Source: the human T2T-CHM13v2.0 reference genome, Homo sapiens | DNA length: 64,000 bases | NCBI RefSeq assembly: GCF_009914755.1 | Contig: NC_060937.1 | Strand: one strand, 5' to 3' | Part shown: positions 1-18,589 of the stretch, piece after piece | Numbering within the stretch: position 1 is the first letter of the stretch | How the letters are laid out: every line of letters starts with the position of its first letter | Position numbers and translations under genes: made by a program | The notes under the pieces: generated by a model | What the model was told of the DNA's origin: nothing | Databases searched by the model: none | What the model saw: only the letters and a program-made list of their open reading frames with translations

Positions 1-7
1 AACACAA

Positions 8-55
<48 letters not shown>

Positions 56-57
56 AT
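8..57. repeat. (TG)n microsatellite grading into (TATG)n
   Basis: Direct inspection. Confidence 0.95.
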
Positions 58-169
58 AAAATTTTCACTTTTGGAAATGCCATCTTCCAGTTCCAGGATA
101 CATGGTACTTCATTTGGATCCAGGCTTCCTTAAATTGCGTTCGATTCTAGCTTTGTGCAGAGCTCTCTG

Positions 170-930
170 GTGAGGTGTAAGTGAGGAGCACTAGTGCATG
201 AGAGGGATTGAGGCTTCCCCAAAGGGCAGCGGGAGATTGCATGTGCAGGACTGCAGAAGGAGAAAGTGTTGAAGAATCATCCAAGACATGTGATGAAGAA
301 TGAGGTGACAAGCATGATGACCTGGGGCTGGGAAGGAGGGGAGAAGTGGAGGAGACCACTTTCACAGAAGAATCGATAGGACTTGGCAATTCCTGGGCTG
401 TGGGAACTGAGTTTTCAGACCTAGGAGGATTGGGAGAGTGATAGGAACCCTAGGGAAGTGAAAAAATTGGAAGAAACAGTTTTAGACATGTTGAGCTTGA
501 TGTGGGGATGAAAAGTAAAAGAGCCAAGGAAATGTCCTGAGCCTGCATTGGAATCAGCTATGGAAACAGCTGTCTGCACATCACACTAGACTTAAGGTGC
601 TTGGAAAAAACTCCAGCAAGATCTCCAGCCAGGGCTCATCCCTGGGGCACTGCTGAGGCAGAGTTCAAAGACCTCTTTTCACAAGGGCATTCTTCACAGG
701 AATTTTGGTGAAGGAATAAGAGAAGTAACTGTCAGAGAGGTGGGAGATGGTACAATATAAAGTAGTACATGTAATTTTAAAGGCACATTCAAGAAGGGTG
801 GGTCAGCAGTGTCAAATGCTGAAAAAAAATGAGCACAGAGAAAGGCCTTGGAAGGGCACAACCAAGAGGCCATGGGAACCAGCGAGAGAGTAGTTCCATT
901 TGCTTCCCTGGGCACAGAAGACACATTGCA
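170..930 (-). mobile_element. L2 LINE relic (degenerate)
   Basis: Purine-rich segments resembling antisense L2, e.g. ttttagacatgttgagcttga. Confidence 0.55.
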
Positions 931-939
931 AAGGGTTAC

Positions 940-2100
<1,161 letters not shown>

Positions 2101-2598
2101 ATTGAGTGAATAAAGCACTAAATAACAGTGAGTAGGTGGGGAGGAAGTGAATGCTACAAATGGAGACAATTCTTTTAACAACTTTCAACTTGAGGGGAAG
2201 AAGGATGAATGTAAGGAAGTTTTAGATGAGGGGAGTTAGAGGATCAAGGAAGGTACCACCTTCCCTTGATGAACCTTGAGAAGGAGAGAAGGACTGGAGG
2301 GAGTGAGTGGTGAGTGGATACTTTGGGGCCAAACAGACATTGAAGAGAGGGTGAGGAATCAGGGGAAATGCAAGACCTTGCCTCATTCATACATTTTTAA
2401 CACATAATATACAGAAAGTAGCTGACCAGGGCGTGAGGGGTGAGGAGTGGGTATGGAGATCAGTTGCCTCCTCTGAGCACATTCTCCTAAAGTGGCATAT
2501 TTTCAACAATTTTAAGGTAGTGTGTTCACATGATGATGGTTATAGATAATGAAAAGGCAGTAGAAAAAGCAGTAAGGGAGCAAGACTGGGAGGCTCAT

Positions 2599-2978
2599 TG
2601 CTGTGGTTTGAATGTGTTTCTCAAAATTCATGTGCTGGAAACTGAATTCCCAATGCAAGTGTTGAGAGGTGGACCTTTAAGAGATGATTAGGTCATGAGG
2701 GTTCTGCCTTTGTGAAAGGATCAATGCCACTGTTGCAGGAGTGGGGTAGTTATCATGAGAGTGGGTTCCTGATAAAAGGATGAGTTTGGCTCCCTTTCCC
2801 TTTCTCACATGGGCATGTGTTCTCTCATTCTTCCACCTTCTGCCACAAAGGCCCTCACCAGGTACAGCACCTTACTCTTGGACTTCCCAGCCTCCAGAAC
2901 CATAAGCCAAATAAGCTTGGTTTATAAATTAACCGGCCTGTGGTATTCTGTTTTAGCAGCACAAAATGAACTTAGACA
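2599..2978 (+). mobile_element. MaLR solo LTR (MST family)
   Basis: TG...CA ends, tgctgtggtttgaatgtg start, ttggacttcccagcctccagaac motif, 5-bp TSD ctcat/ctcgt. Confidence 0.9.
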
Positions 2979-3669
2979 CTCGTGAAGAATGAAATCAAAG
3001 GGGTGCCCCCTTTCACAGGCTTGCTTTCTTCTACCCACTCTGCTGCTGGGCCCACCTGTAGGCCCATTCCCTGGAAGTTATAACCCAACTCTGCTCTCAG
3101 GCACTGTGCCAGGTCTGGGTACACAGTAATGAGCACATGAGACATGGCCCCTGCTCTTGATGAGCTTATAGAATAGTGGAAAACATGGTCATTAAGCAGG
3201 TAATCACAAAATATGATGTCATTGCATTTGTAACACACAGTATGAGGGAAAAACATAGGCTACACTAAGATCATATAACATCTAATTTACCCTGAGTGGG
3301 GAATGGGGAAAGCACCTGAAGAAGTGTCATTTAGGTTGAAAACCGAGAGAAGGGGAATTTTCCAGGTGGAGATGGGTGAAAGGGTGTGGGAAATGTGGAG
3401 GGACAGCATGTTAGAAGGCCATGAAATGGTAGAGTTTGGCATTGGAAAAAGGGAAAGCTAGATCTTAAAGAATAAAAGAAAGAATGGCCAGAGATGACAC
3501 TACAGAGAGAGACAGTTACCTTGGCTAATAAAGTCTTCTAGGCTATGTTAAGAATTTTGAAAAATTTCCTCTCAGTATCAGGAAGTCATTGAGGGGTTTA
3601 AAGCAGTGGAATGGTGTGATCTGGTTTGCATTTTAAAAATATCATTTTGGCCACTGTGGGGCAGAATAA

Positions 3670-4019
<350 letters not shown>

Positions 4020-4313
4020 TTATTTTAATTTTTTAAAGCCAGGGTCTGGCTCTGTTGCCCAGGCTGGAGTGTAGAGACTCACTGTAACCTTGAACTCCTG
4101 AGCTCAAGTTTTCCTCCTGCCTCAGCTTCCTGAGTAGCTACAACTACAGGCATGCACCATGCCTGATTAATTAATATACACATGTATTTATTTTGTAAAG
4201 GCAGTGTCTCGTGACGTTGCCCAGACTAGTCTTGAACTGCTGGCCTCAATCGATCCTCCTCCCTTGGCCTTTCAAAGTGCTAGGATTACAGGCATGAGCC
4301 AATGAACCTGGCC
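4020..4313 (-). mobile_element. Alu (J-type, diverged)
   Basis: ccttgaactcctgagctcaag J-type diagnostics. Confidence 0.9.
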
Positions 4314-4731
4314 CAGAGGCAGACTTTTTGGGAAGCTCTTGCAGTGGTCCAGGCAAGATATGATGTTGGTCTGAACTAGAATAATTGTAAGTGATATAGA
4401 TGGGAAGAAATATTAATCCGAAGGAGTCCATTAGGATTTCAGATCCATGCTGGAGGTAGAATCAACACGCTCTGGAGACTGGCTGAGTGTGAGGTGAGTG
4501 AGGGAGGAAGTCAGGATGACCTCATGTATCAAGCACAAACAACTGAGTAGATGTAGAAAGCACCGGATGAGTTTTGGACATGTTAAGTTGAAGAGCTGTG
4601 AAAATTCAAGTGCAGATGTTGTACTTGATAGTGCCAGTAAATAAGCCGAGAAGACCATCTGCTGAGACAAAGAGGCTGGAGGAGCCAGCAGGGCTTAGGG
4701 AGTGTGGGAGAAGTTGATATCAGTTGTATGA

Positions 4732-5155
<424 letters not shown>

Positions 5156-5509
5156 TAGAGTATTTGATATTGAAGTCTGTCTTGAGAAGGAGAGAGAGTC
5201 AGGGGCTAGGTAATTTTAGAATCTGGGTTGGGAAGGAAAGTCCACGAAGTGAGGAAGGGTTCATGAACCAGGAATAGGGAAGGACTGGCATGATGATGGT
5301 GTCTGGATGGGACAGGAGAGGGAGAAACTAAGAAGGTTGTAATCAGAGAAGGAGAACTCAGACTTTGAGATTTTAGGGGTGGACCAATTTTGCGTAAAAA
5401 TGTGGTCTAAAGTGTGGACTTACTAACAAAGGATTGGAGCTGATGACACATCTAGGAGTTGAGGATATTGAAGGAAAAGTGTTGAAATTAGCCTGCATTT
5501 TGAAGTTGC

Positions 5510-5861
5510 TGTTTTCATCCATTCAGGCTGCTATAACAAAATACCTTAAATGGGATAACATATAAGCAATAGAAATTTACTGGTCACAGTTCTGGAGGCT
5601 TGGAAGTGCAAGACCAAGGCACCAGCAGACTTTCTCTAATGAGGGCTCCAGACTCTGGTTCAGGATGGAACTTTTTCACTGCATCTCACACAGAGGAAGG
5701 AGCAAACAAGCTCCCTCAGTCCTCTTTATAAAGACACTAATTTTAGGAGCCCGTATGACTCACCATCTTCCAAAGGTCCCTCGTCCCAGTACCACCACAT
5801 TGGGGATTAGGTTTCAACATATGAATTTGGTAGGGAGGACACAAACATTTATACCACAGCA
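5510..5861 (-). mobile_element. MaLR solo LTR (MSTD/MLT1A-like)
   Basis: ggctgctataacaaaatacc...cagttctggaggc; exact 5-bp TSD gttgc/gttgc. Confidence 0.9.
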
Positions 5862-6443
5862 GTTGCTGTGGGCATGATAGGGACCCGACAGGGAAAAAAA
5901 CAAAAAACCTGTGAGGGAGTTGCAGAAGTTGTGACAGAGAGTGGCAGAATGTTCTCTGTGGAACTCCCTAGCCAGAGATGAGAGAGAGAAGAAGGTGGTA
6001 TGAATGGATGCGTGAATCTCAGAAGAAGAGATTTTGCAGAGAGAGGGGCCTGGAACAAAGTCCTGGAATGGATGGTGGAGAACCAGAAACAGCCCCTTGT
6101 CTCCTGGGAATCCATACAGAGCTTCTCTCTTTCAGAAGGTTTAGGGAGCAATGGAGAGCTCCAATTCATGGCACTGTTATTGTAGTTACGTTTACATACA
6201 GCTTTCCATCACTACTGCTTTCTGAACACTCTGGCGTTTAGATTAGGAGAAGGGGGGTGCTTAGGGACAAGTGGTTTAAGATAAAGGAGAGCCTTTAAGG
6301 GAATTCTACTGTGTCACTAACATAATTGCTCCAGTCAAGCAGCTGAAGCATCTCTAGAATTTTCAGATGTTGATATTGATGTTTACAACTTAGGTGGAGG
6401 GGAGGTGAGAGGGCATTGATGTCTGGCTGTCATAGGCAATTAA

Positions 6444-6738
<295 letters not shown>

Positions 6739-7229
6739 GGCAATTAACTTTTTGTGCATTATTACAGACCCTACATCCTTGTGCCAATGAACTGGCTCAA
6801 AGGCTCTATTTGCTTTTCCTTTTCTACTTCCTGTCATCTAGCCTATTTGGAGGTACTGCAGGGAACATTTTTACATTGGCAAAATAAAAAAAATTGCACT
6901 GATGACAGATACACTCCAGAAAAAATAATGTCATATTCCAAAGCTAAATACCAGGTATTCATTCATTATCTGCCTTTTGGAATCATCAAAACAGGGTTAC
7001 TTCCCTTTAGTTTAGCAAATTTTGAGCCTTTTGAAAGTATATTAGTCTACACTCAAATACCAGAGTGTGCAGGACCTGCACAGAGCATAGTGATATAAGA
7101 CTATGTAAAAATAATTGGAGCTATGCTCTGCCCCTGCACCCCTCACGGCGACTGTATCTTGGCTTGTGGGCTCCATCTCACCCTTCCGCTCTCAAGAACT
7201 CAAACCCCTTTCAGGGGAGCTTTATGAGG

Positions 7230-7560
7230 CAGTTGTCTCTGGGATGACACAAGAACCTCCTCACTCTCTTCAATCTTGCTCCTTTTCATCTCTTCACCCT
7301 GTAGCGACATCATCTTTTCTGAAGTGCAACTCACATCCACTCGCACCTCTGCTCAAGACCCTTCTGTGGCTTCTAGTTCCATCAGAGTCAAGTCCAAATG
7401 CCTTTGAAGCACATCTGAAGCTCTGGTCCCTTCCCTGCTTTCCTCTTGGCCTGTTTAATTGCCTGTTGTCCCCACCAGACCATCATGTAAGCTTCTGGGA
7501 GTTCAGGTCTGTGTCTTATTTACTGTTGTTCGTTGGGCAGATGGATAGTAAATTAATACA
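7230..7560 (+). mobile_element. L2 3' relic
   Basis: ctgctcaagacccttctgtggctt...agtccaaatgcctt; tgtaagcttctgggagttcagg. Confidence 0.6.
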
Positions 7561-7574
7561 GAAAAAGAAAAGCG

Positions 7575-8028
<454 letters not shown>

Positions 8029-9639
8029 CTATGGTAAGAGTACTTAGGTGACCAGTGGCCATCATTTTAGGTAAAAACCAGAACTTCTGCTTTGACAGAG
8101 GATTTTTGTCTTGCTTTCAAATAGTAGAGGTAGTCTGAGAAATGTAGTTTGGATTTTTGACTATTGGAATTTTTGGAATATTTCAATGATTTATGGGGAT
8201 AATGGCAGAGAAAATGAAGTATTAGAATGAGCCCAGAAAATCCAGGACCTGTGATCACACATCACAATGATCATGAAACTGTTGTTGCCTAAACTGTATG
8301 ACCCGTGTTGTGTTTATTTTGTGAATTCCTGATCCTGATCCCCTTTGTAAGACAGCAAGCTCCTGGCTTGCTGGGGACTGTCTTCTACATCGTAGGAACT
8401 TACCCATGTTTAACATGGTGTGTTGAATGCAGTAGATTGTTGGTAGATGTTTATTGAATGGCTGAATAGGGACTAAGTCAGTTACCTCCTTGGTGCCACA
8501 GATGATTGCTCAGGGGAATGGAGACAGACTATTTGGGAACTTCTAGACACTGTTCACAACAAAGCAATTACCACCTAAGCCCATCAATGGGACTTACCCT
8601 GGATTTCCCCAGAGAACAGCACATCCAATTAATAGTTTATTCAAAACGACTCTAACTTTTGTGACTTGCCTTGGAATCACCAAGGAGAATGGGCCAGGCC
8701 GATAATTTTCAACCAATCAGTATGTTTTTTTCCAACCATAGTCACCCAGATACCTTTTTCTGTCAAATGTGGAAAACTTCTAAGAAGAATTAGGACTGTG
8801 AAAATAGGAAAGCTGACTGAATTCTCTGTGCTGAAAGTAATAAAAATAGGAATGGAGAGAAATGAAGATGGGGAGCATTCTGAAGGGTCATTAGGTCTGG
8901 CTCCTCTTTATCATTGTTGAATAGTTATTGAGTGTCAACCCACAGCGGGCACAGTAAGCGGGTAGGATCCCTGCACAGTGAGTTAATCCATATGCAAACA
9001 CAGTGACCCCAATTGCTTTGCAATCGTGAGCCACATGGCCTGTGCCCTTAAAATACATCATTTGGGCAGCTGCCAGAGGGTTGATTTATCCCAGCTGGCC
9101 AGAAACAGCCCCGAGATCATCAGCACTTTTGTTAATTGAGAGAGAGGGGCAGAGGAATCAAGATATTCCTGGGCACCAAGCATTCATTAGCCACCTGGCC
9201 TCCCTAAATTATGATCCTGCCATGATTTTCCCAGTGCTTCGACTGAAATTTTAATATTTGGAATGTATTAATAACTCAGAACATGTCATTTCCTAAATAA
9301 ACGATGCCCTTCTGGACTCATTGGAGAAGAGAGCCCAGAGAATGGTTGAATAGCACAGATATTGGCTACCCAGTGAGATGAGCAGTGCGGGGGTGACCCT
9401 GGAAGTTCTATCCACAAAGCAAATACAAACAGATGCCATATATGAATGGACCTCTGGGTTAATACCCCGGCTTTCTATGCATTTGTTCTATTCACGTAGC
9501 ATCTTAACAGGGCCAGCCCCAGGAAAAATGGTGAAATAGATGATAATAGTAGCTAGCAATTCTAGAGCACTTACTATGCACATGCCACGTAGATTACACG
9601 AGACCCCCACAGGGCACTGGTACATCTCATGGGGATGTT

Positions 9640-9860
9640 TGCTTCATAAAGGCAGGGACTTAGTCTGTCTTAATCACCTTTTTATAATCCCCAGCACTGA
9701 GAACAGTTTCTGGTACACAGTACCTGCTCAATAAATATCTGGCAAGTGAATAAATGAGTCTCCATGTTAGAAGAGGTAGTTGAGGTATAGCAGAGTTGGT
9801 AACCTGTCCAGGTTGTACAACTCTAGAAAGTGACAGAAGCAGGATTCATAACCTTGTTCA
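9640..9860. mobile_element. L2 3' end (+) followed by MIR fragment (-)
   Basis: ctcaataaatatctggcaagtgaataaatga L2 terminus; aggattcataacc MIR core. Confidence 0.6.
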
Positions 9861-9967
9861 CCACCAAGAGGATCCTCAGGCATCCTCTTGTCCTGGGTGC
9901 TTGAAGCCCAATCAGCCTCCCATTCAGGTCTGTTTCCATCAGTGCTTTGTTCTCAAATATTAGCCCT

Positions 9968-10344
9968 TGTTATAGACCGAATGTTTGTGTCTCTCTAAAA
10001 TTCATATGTTGAGCCCTCACCCCCAATGTGATGGTACTTGGAGGTGGGACCTTTGGGAGATGATTAAGTTTAGATGAGATCACAAGGGTGGAGAGCCCAT
10101 GATGGGATTCATGTCTTTGTAAGAAGAGAAAGAGAACCAGAGCCCACCCTCTCCACCATGTGAGGACACAGTGAGAAGGTGGCTGTTTGCAAACCGGGAA
10201 GAGAGCCCTCATCAGGAACTGAATCTGCTGGCACCTTGACATTGAACTTTATAGCTTCCAGAACTGTGAGATCTAAACATCTGTGATTTAAGCTACCCAG
10301 TCTGTGGAATTTTGTTATAACAGCAGCCTGAGCAAACTAAGGCA
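9968..10344 (+). mobile_element. MaLR solo LTR (MLT1A0-like)
   Basis: tgttatagaccgaatgtttgtg start, gaatctgctggcaccttga motif, ...ctaaggca end. Confidence 0.9.
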
Positions 10345-10489
10345 ACTTTTCAGGCTGACTCATCAGAATTTACCTATCCTGTATCCTATTCATTTAGGAC
10401 TCTGCTTTCTACCATCCACCATCCAGCTGGGGATATGACCAGCTTCCTGCCTCCCCTTTCTGCTCCCTCACCCCTCCAACATCTCTGTA

Positions 10490-10690
10490 GTACATCAGAG
10501 TTTACAAAGAGAGTTCACATGCAAGATTTCACATGAAGCTCAAAACCTTGTCAAACAGGCAGATAGTCATTACTATCCCCATTGTACAGATAATAAACTG
10601 AATTTGGGCAAGATCAAGGGAGTTACCACAACAACATAGCAAAGACTAGGACCCAGGTCCCCTGACTCCCTAGCCCAGTGGCTTCTTCCT
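10490..10690 (-). mobile_element. MIR
   Basis: tatccccattgtacagataataaactga core. Confidence 0.65.
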
Positions 10691-10924
10691 CAGGTCCACC
10701 TTGTAGATGATATAATAATATGTCATTCACTCAAGAGTGGGTTGCAGTGTAACTAGAGGCTGATGGGGAAATGGTATGTCAACTTACACAAATGACTCCC
10801 CTGGGGCAGCATTTTTGGCAGGTGAGCTCAGAGATTTGGAAGTACTTCAGGTGAATCTGAGTTTGCAGGTATCTATTGTTCTACTCCTAAGCCTGGGGCA
10901 GGATCATTTGAAAATGAGCTGCCA

Positions 10925-11640
<716 letters not shown>

Positions 11641-12243
11641 TGTACCATCTTAAAAGGATGCTGTTTGGCCCTTTTGGGGACAACTTTCAAGATTGTCAGT
11701 CCCAGGAAGGCAGATAAACAACAACAAGGACTGCAATTCTTGATTATACCTCATTGCTGGGTCTCTCCTGGGTGCCTGGCTCTGCTGGTGGGAATTCTCT
11801 GATCCACCCTGAGCATGGCTGTTTGCACAATTGCTCCCAAATAGAGCGTTGCTGCAGAAACTCAATCATGGGATGAATATTTATATGTAAGTGTGATCAT
11901 ATTCACAGCCATTTACTATATATTTTTTTCATTTAAAAACAACTCAAACACAGACTGAGAAACCTTTTACTTGGAATGTTGTACAGGGAATTGCTTATTA
12001 GGGTGTAGAAGTTTGAACGAGATGATCTCAAAGACCTGCTGAAACTGAGTCTAACTCATGAACCGTGTGACCTTTATACACACACGTAGAAGCTGTCAGT
12101 TATTCATAGCTATTTTACTGGTCCAGGCAGATGTAACACATCATCTAAGGAACACCATGCTGGCATGGACTGGCCAGGCTCTGGAGTCCACTAGCCCTGG
12201 GGTCAAATCCCAATTCTCCCACGGACAAGCTTTGTGACTGTAG

Positions 12244-12851
<608 letters not shown>

Positions 12852-12926
12852 GAACGAGTTACTTTTTATATCTCTGAATGTCAGATTTGTCATCTGTAGA
12901 ATCAGAACATCAAAACTTATCCCTAT

Positions 12927-13140
12927 GGGCAACATGGTGAAACCCCGTCTCTACTAAAAATACAAAATAAGCTGAGCATGTGGCGCATGCCCGTAATCCC
13001 AGCTACTCAGGAGTCTGAGGCAGGAAAATCACTTGAACTTGGGAGGCAGAGGTTGCAGTGAGCCAAGATGGCACCACTGCACTCCAGCCTGGGCGACAGA
13101 ATGAGACTGTCTCAAATAAACAAACAAAAAAAACAAAACA
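12927..13140 (+). mobile_element. 5'-truncated Alu
   Basis: Starts at ggcaacatggtgaaaccccg; A-rich tail. Confidence 0.93.
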
Positions 13141-13239
13141 CCTATCTCTGAAGGTTATTGAGAGCACAGAAGTGAGCTAACACGTGGAGATGCCCAGTGA
13201 GAGTGGCCAGCATGTAATAGGTGCTGAGTTAAATGAAGA

Positions 13240-14432
13240 TGCACGGTAGTGGCAGAGTGGAGCAAGCTGGTGGGCTTTCACACATGGAAGCACAGGAAAA
13301 GTGAATTTTAAGCAGGGATTAAAAAGAGCATATCAATATCGTAGAAACAGAAGACTGCTGATAACATATGCCACGACATAAAGGAAAAGCTGGGAGTTAC
13401 TGCCAATTTGCAAATGGCAAAAATACTGTTTCTCCTGGGAGCAGCTGTAGCAAAAACAAATGTGAACAATCAAGAGGTTCCTAACTTTTCATTTAATTGC
13501 AAAAAAAAATCAAATACGTAATCTGAGAATCACCATAGGCACCTGCTCTACCTTCTCTTGCTAAGCCAAGAGAGATCTCATCTGCAGCGATGAGTTCAGC
13601 CTTTCGTGCTGCATTTCAAATAAAAGCTTCCCTAATAAGCTGGCTTCTCAGATTGATGCCAGCTACATATACCATGTGAGCTATTTTCTGTTTTAAATCC
13701 CTGGCAGTTCTCTTGGGACCAAGATTTCCACTGACGTTGAGATTCGGTATTAATTCAAAGACTACATAAGTTACATAAGAATTAGAGAAACGAAAACAGA
13801 AAAATGATGGACTTTTATAACACACTATTAAGTTTTTTTTCCCTCATCCCTACCTTCACTTTGTTTAGGAAAGTAAAGATGTTGAAAAGAAAAAGTGGCA
13901 CCTATTATTTTGTATAAAACATAAAAAGCAATAAACCATTTTGATTTCTCAAAACTATACCCTGAGCCTGTAAGAACCTTCGAATATATCAGAAACGTGG
14001 AAACTAAACTAATGAGCGTGCTCCATGAAGAGATTAAATACAGTATATGGTATTTTCAGAGTCAACAGAAAACCCACTGGGCATTTGTGGCATCTGAAGA
14101 TTGGTTTTATGAAACCTACTGAGCCAAGTTTTGTGCTGAAGTCAGACCTCTGAAAAAAGTTGGACAGAGGCACTATTCACAGTACTTGGGGATTTGTATG
14201 GAAACAGTTTACAGATTTTCTGACAACCTTGTCTTTCAATTCAGATGAATGAAGCACTACTGTTTGGTCATGAGCAACTTTAATAAAAAAAGTTGTCACC
14301 AAAGCTGTTTCTCATTGGGTGCAAGTGTGGGGAAATGACAGTCTTTAAATTTTGCTTGAAAAATGAAATTATACCAGACACCAAAATCAATGCCAAAATA
14401 AAGTTAACTTTGAATTAAAAAAATAAGAAAAG
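13240..14432 (+). pseudogene. Possible degenerate processed pseudogene (parent not recognised)
   Basis: Non-repeat A-rich segment ending AATAAA (~14397) + 14 nt + A-rich tract; broken coding-like frames; no clear TSD. Confidence 0.25.
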
Positions 14433-14738
14433 TGACAGAATGCTATGTTAGGACTAATAACCTTAGGACTTTGTTAATAGATTCGTTCTTGTCTCCTACT
14501 TGGACCTTGATTTAGATTACTCTAAGAGGAGTGTTTAGGGTCTTCAGGACAATGGGATATTTTGTAGGTGGCCGCTTCAGTGTTGCTTTGAAACTACCCT
14601 ACTGCATGCTTTCAATTCAACATATTGACCTGGTGGAGGGCTTAGTGATGGCATATCGAAGCATGCTGAGGTCTTCTAAAATCACAGGTCTTGGTTTCAA
14701 TGTAAAATTTCAAATATTGTGCTATATATGAATGTACT

Positions 14739-15457
<719 letters not shown>

Positions 15458-15664
15458 ATACTTCTGTATGTTAAGACTTCTATAGTTTCTAAGGCATCTT
15501 CTATTTGTAAATCAGTTTAAATGGGCTGTTGGGTAGACAATTGCTCTAATACCCAATGAGCTGAAATAATCAACATGGAGCCCAAGGATGCTAAGGATTT
15601 CAAAATATCCAGCCCAACAAATGTCAGTTAAGAGGGAAGAAGATTTATTTCTCTATTCTTTTCA

Positions 15665-16130
15665 AGGCCAGGTGGTTTAGCAGAAAGTGCAATGGATTTG
15701 TAGTCAGTAGACCTGGATTTGAATTCTAGTAGAAAGAGAGTGAGACTTGGAATCTGGGATGTGGGTATTGAATTGACCAATCCTAGCAATGGTGAGACCT
15801 TAAAAAGGAAAACTTTCTTACTTCTCAAAGCCTCAGTTTACTTCTGAGAAATGGGCCTACTAGTAAACATTGTTCTAACAGGACTATAGGGAGAGTTCCA
15901 CAGGATATGATGAATTTAAAAGCTCTTTGTGTCTTGTAAAGCACTATACTAATTTAGCCATTGTTCTTACTAGTTGTGTGACCTCGGACAAATCTCTTAG
16001 CTTTTCTGAGCCCTAGTTTCCTTCTTTGTAAAATGAGGAGAGTAACAGGAGCCTTATCCATCTCATAAATGTATCTTAAAGCTCCAAACAAAATGATGTG
16101 AAAAAAACTGGGTACTCTGCAAAATATTAT
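15665..16130 (+). mobile_element. Two MIR relics
   Basis: agacctggatttgaattc; tgtgtgacctcggacaaatctcttagc...gtaaaatgagg. Confidence 0.65.
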
Positions 16131-16139
16131 TTTAACAAC

Positions 16140-16447
16140 TTTTTCTTTTTCTTCTTGGTTTCTTTTTGAGACAGGATCTCATTCTATCCCCTGGGCTGGA
16201 ATGCAGTGTGATCACAGCTCACTGCAGTCTTGACCACCCCAGCTCAAGCAATCTTCCCACCTTAGCGTCCGGAATTGCTGGGACTACAGGTGCCACTATG
16301 TCTGGTTAATTTTTAAACTTTTTTTTTTATAGAGACAGGGTCTTGCTATTTTGCCCAGGCTGGTCTGGAACTCCTGGGCTCAAGTGATCCTCTTACTTTG
16401 ACCTCCCAAAGTACTGCGGTTACAGGCATGAGCCAATATGCTTGGCC
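16140..16447 (-). mobile_element. Alu (J-type)
   Basis: gatcacagctcactgcagtcttga; ggaactcctgggctcaag. Confidence 0.93.
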
Positions 16448-16949
16448 TAACTTTTTCAAATTAATTTAAGAATATTTAAGTGGAATGCCCTAAGTATTAT
16501 AAACTTCGGGATGATTTGATGATTTTATATCTTGTCGAATGCTGCCATTCGTTTAATTTGATCTACAGGTGATTTTCAAGATTTTAATAATCCCTTAAAT
16601 AGCCAAAGGCATAATTATATTGGTGGCTTAGCAAAATGATGTTCTCTTGTTACTATGGAATTGTTTTCAACTACTTACGAGACAATCCCCTCTTGAAAGT
16701 CGACCCATCACTGTACCTACCTTTTCTCCTTTTGGTGGTGGATATCGTCTGTTTTCTAACTTCTCTATTTGCTTCAGTGATGACACATACTAGGGAGCCA
16801 ACACTAGTTCCCTCATTATTCCTTTCACCCTTTGCGAATCTGGAAGAGATGGTCCCTGCTAAAAAGTTGGCATTCGTCACACAGTTTTTGTGGAACAGAA
16901 GAGCCTCTGACACACTATGGAAACAGACACATTAAAAATACCTAGATAG

Positions 16950-17582
<633 letters not shown>

Positions 17583-18301
17583 GAATACCTAGATAGACAG
17601 GACTGAAGAAATTGCATGTGTGCATCTTTGAAGAAAAACCTCTCCTTGCTGTGCAGTAACATTGTAGCCTTTGTGGTATTTTATGAGCTTTCAGTGCCAA
17701 TGTACCATAATGTTCACATAAGAGCCAATGTGCCTTGAAAGATTCTGTCACTGCCTTTATTCGGAGAGGGCTGGCTCAGCCCAGCTGAATACATATCCTT
17801 TCTTTAGAGAGGAGCCCCAAGACAGACACCGTTGACATTATCTTCACACTTTCAAATAAAGCAGTCCTTGGTGAAAGGCGATCTTGTTCCTATCCCAAGA
17901 TCTATCAATATTGTCTCCCAGCTTGTCTTTGCATTTCACAGGGGATGTGAACTCTTCTGCATCTCTGCAAAGTCTATCCTTAGCAGGCTCTTACCTAACC
18001 AAATAGGGACAAAAGGAAGATTTTTCTTTTCTAGGGGATTTTGACTTCCGAAGAATAACTGTGAGGTTAAAGGGCCATATGAGCTGGTACAGCAAGCCCA
18101 AGGACTGAGTTATTTTTCACATTTCTGTGTGCAAAGCTCCCAAATGAAAAGCAGAAAATGGCCAATTTAGTTAAAAATTGAGAATGTGAAGTGGCAAAAA
18201 GGATTAAGTCTTTCTGAAAAGTAAAATAACAAAAGAAAGCAAGTAACAAAACTGGTTAGCAGCTACCCAAGAGGTAAGAGCAAGGGGCAGCACAGGTAAA
18301 G

Positions 18302-18302
<1 letters not shown>

Positions 18303-18341
<39 letters not shown>
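18303..18341. repeat. (TG)n microsatellite
   Basis: Direct inspection. Confidence 0.95.
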
Positions 18342-18343
<2 letters not shown>

Positions 18344-18369
18344 ATATATGCAGTTTGTATTAACAGGCA

Positions 18370-18585
18370 GGAGGCAGAATAGGTTAGGACAGGCAGTCTC
18401 GGGTTGAATTATAGCCCCTAAATTACTTAACTTTTTTGAGTTTTAGTTTTTTCATCTGCAAGCAGGAAAAATAATAGCACCACTTTCATAGGATTACTAT
18501 GAAGGTTAAATGAAATATAAGGCATGTAAGACACAGCAAGCACTGGGCATAGAGCAAGCTCTCAGTAAGTAGTAATTATTTTATT
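18370..18585 (+). mobile_element. MIR
   Basis: ttcatctgcaagcaggaaaaataatagcaccactttcataggatt core. Confidence 0.7.
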
Positions 18586-18589
18586 ATCC

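Noticed and set aside
14025-14110. Peptide RLNTVYGIFRVNRKPTGHLWHL reminiscent of TruB-family N-termini
   Set aside because: Very short, low-identity resemblance with no flanking support; likely coincidence
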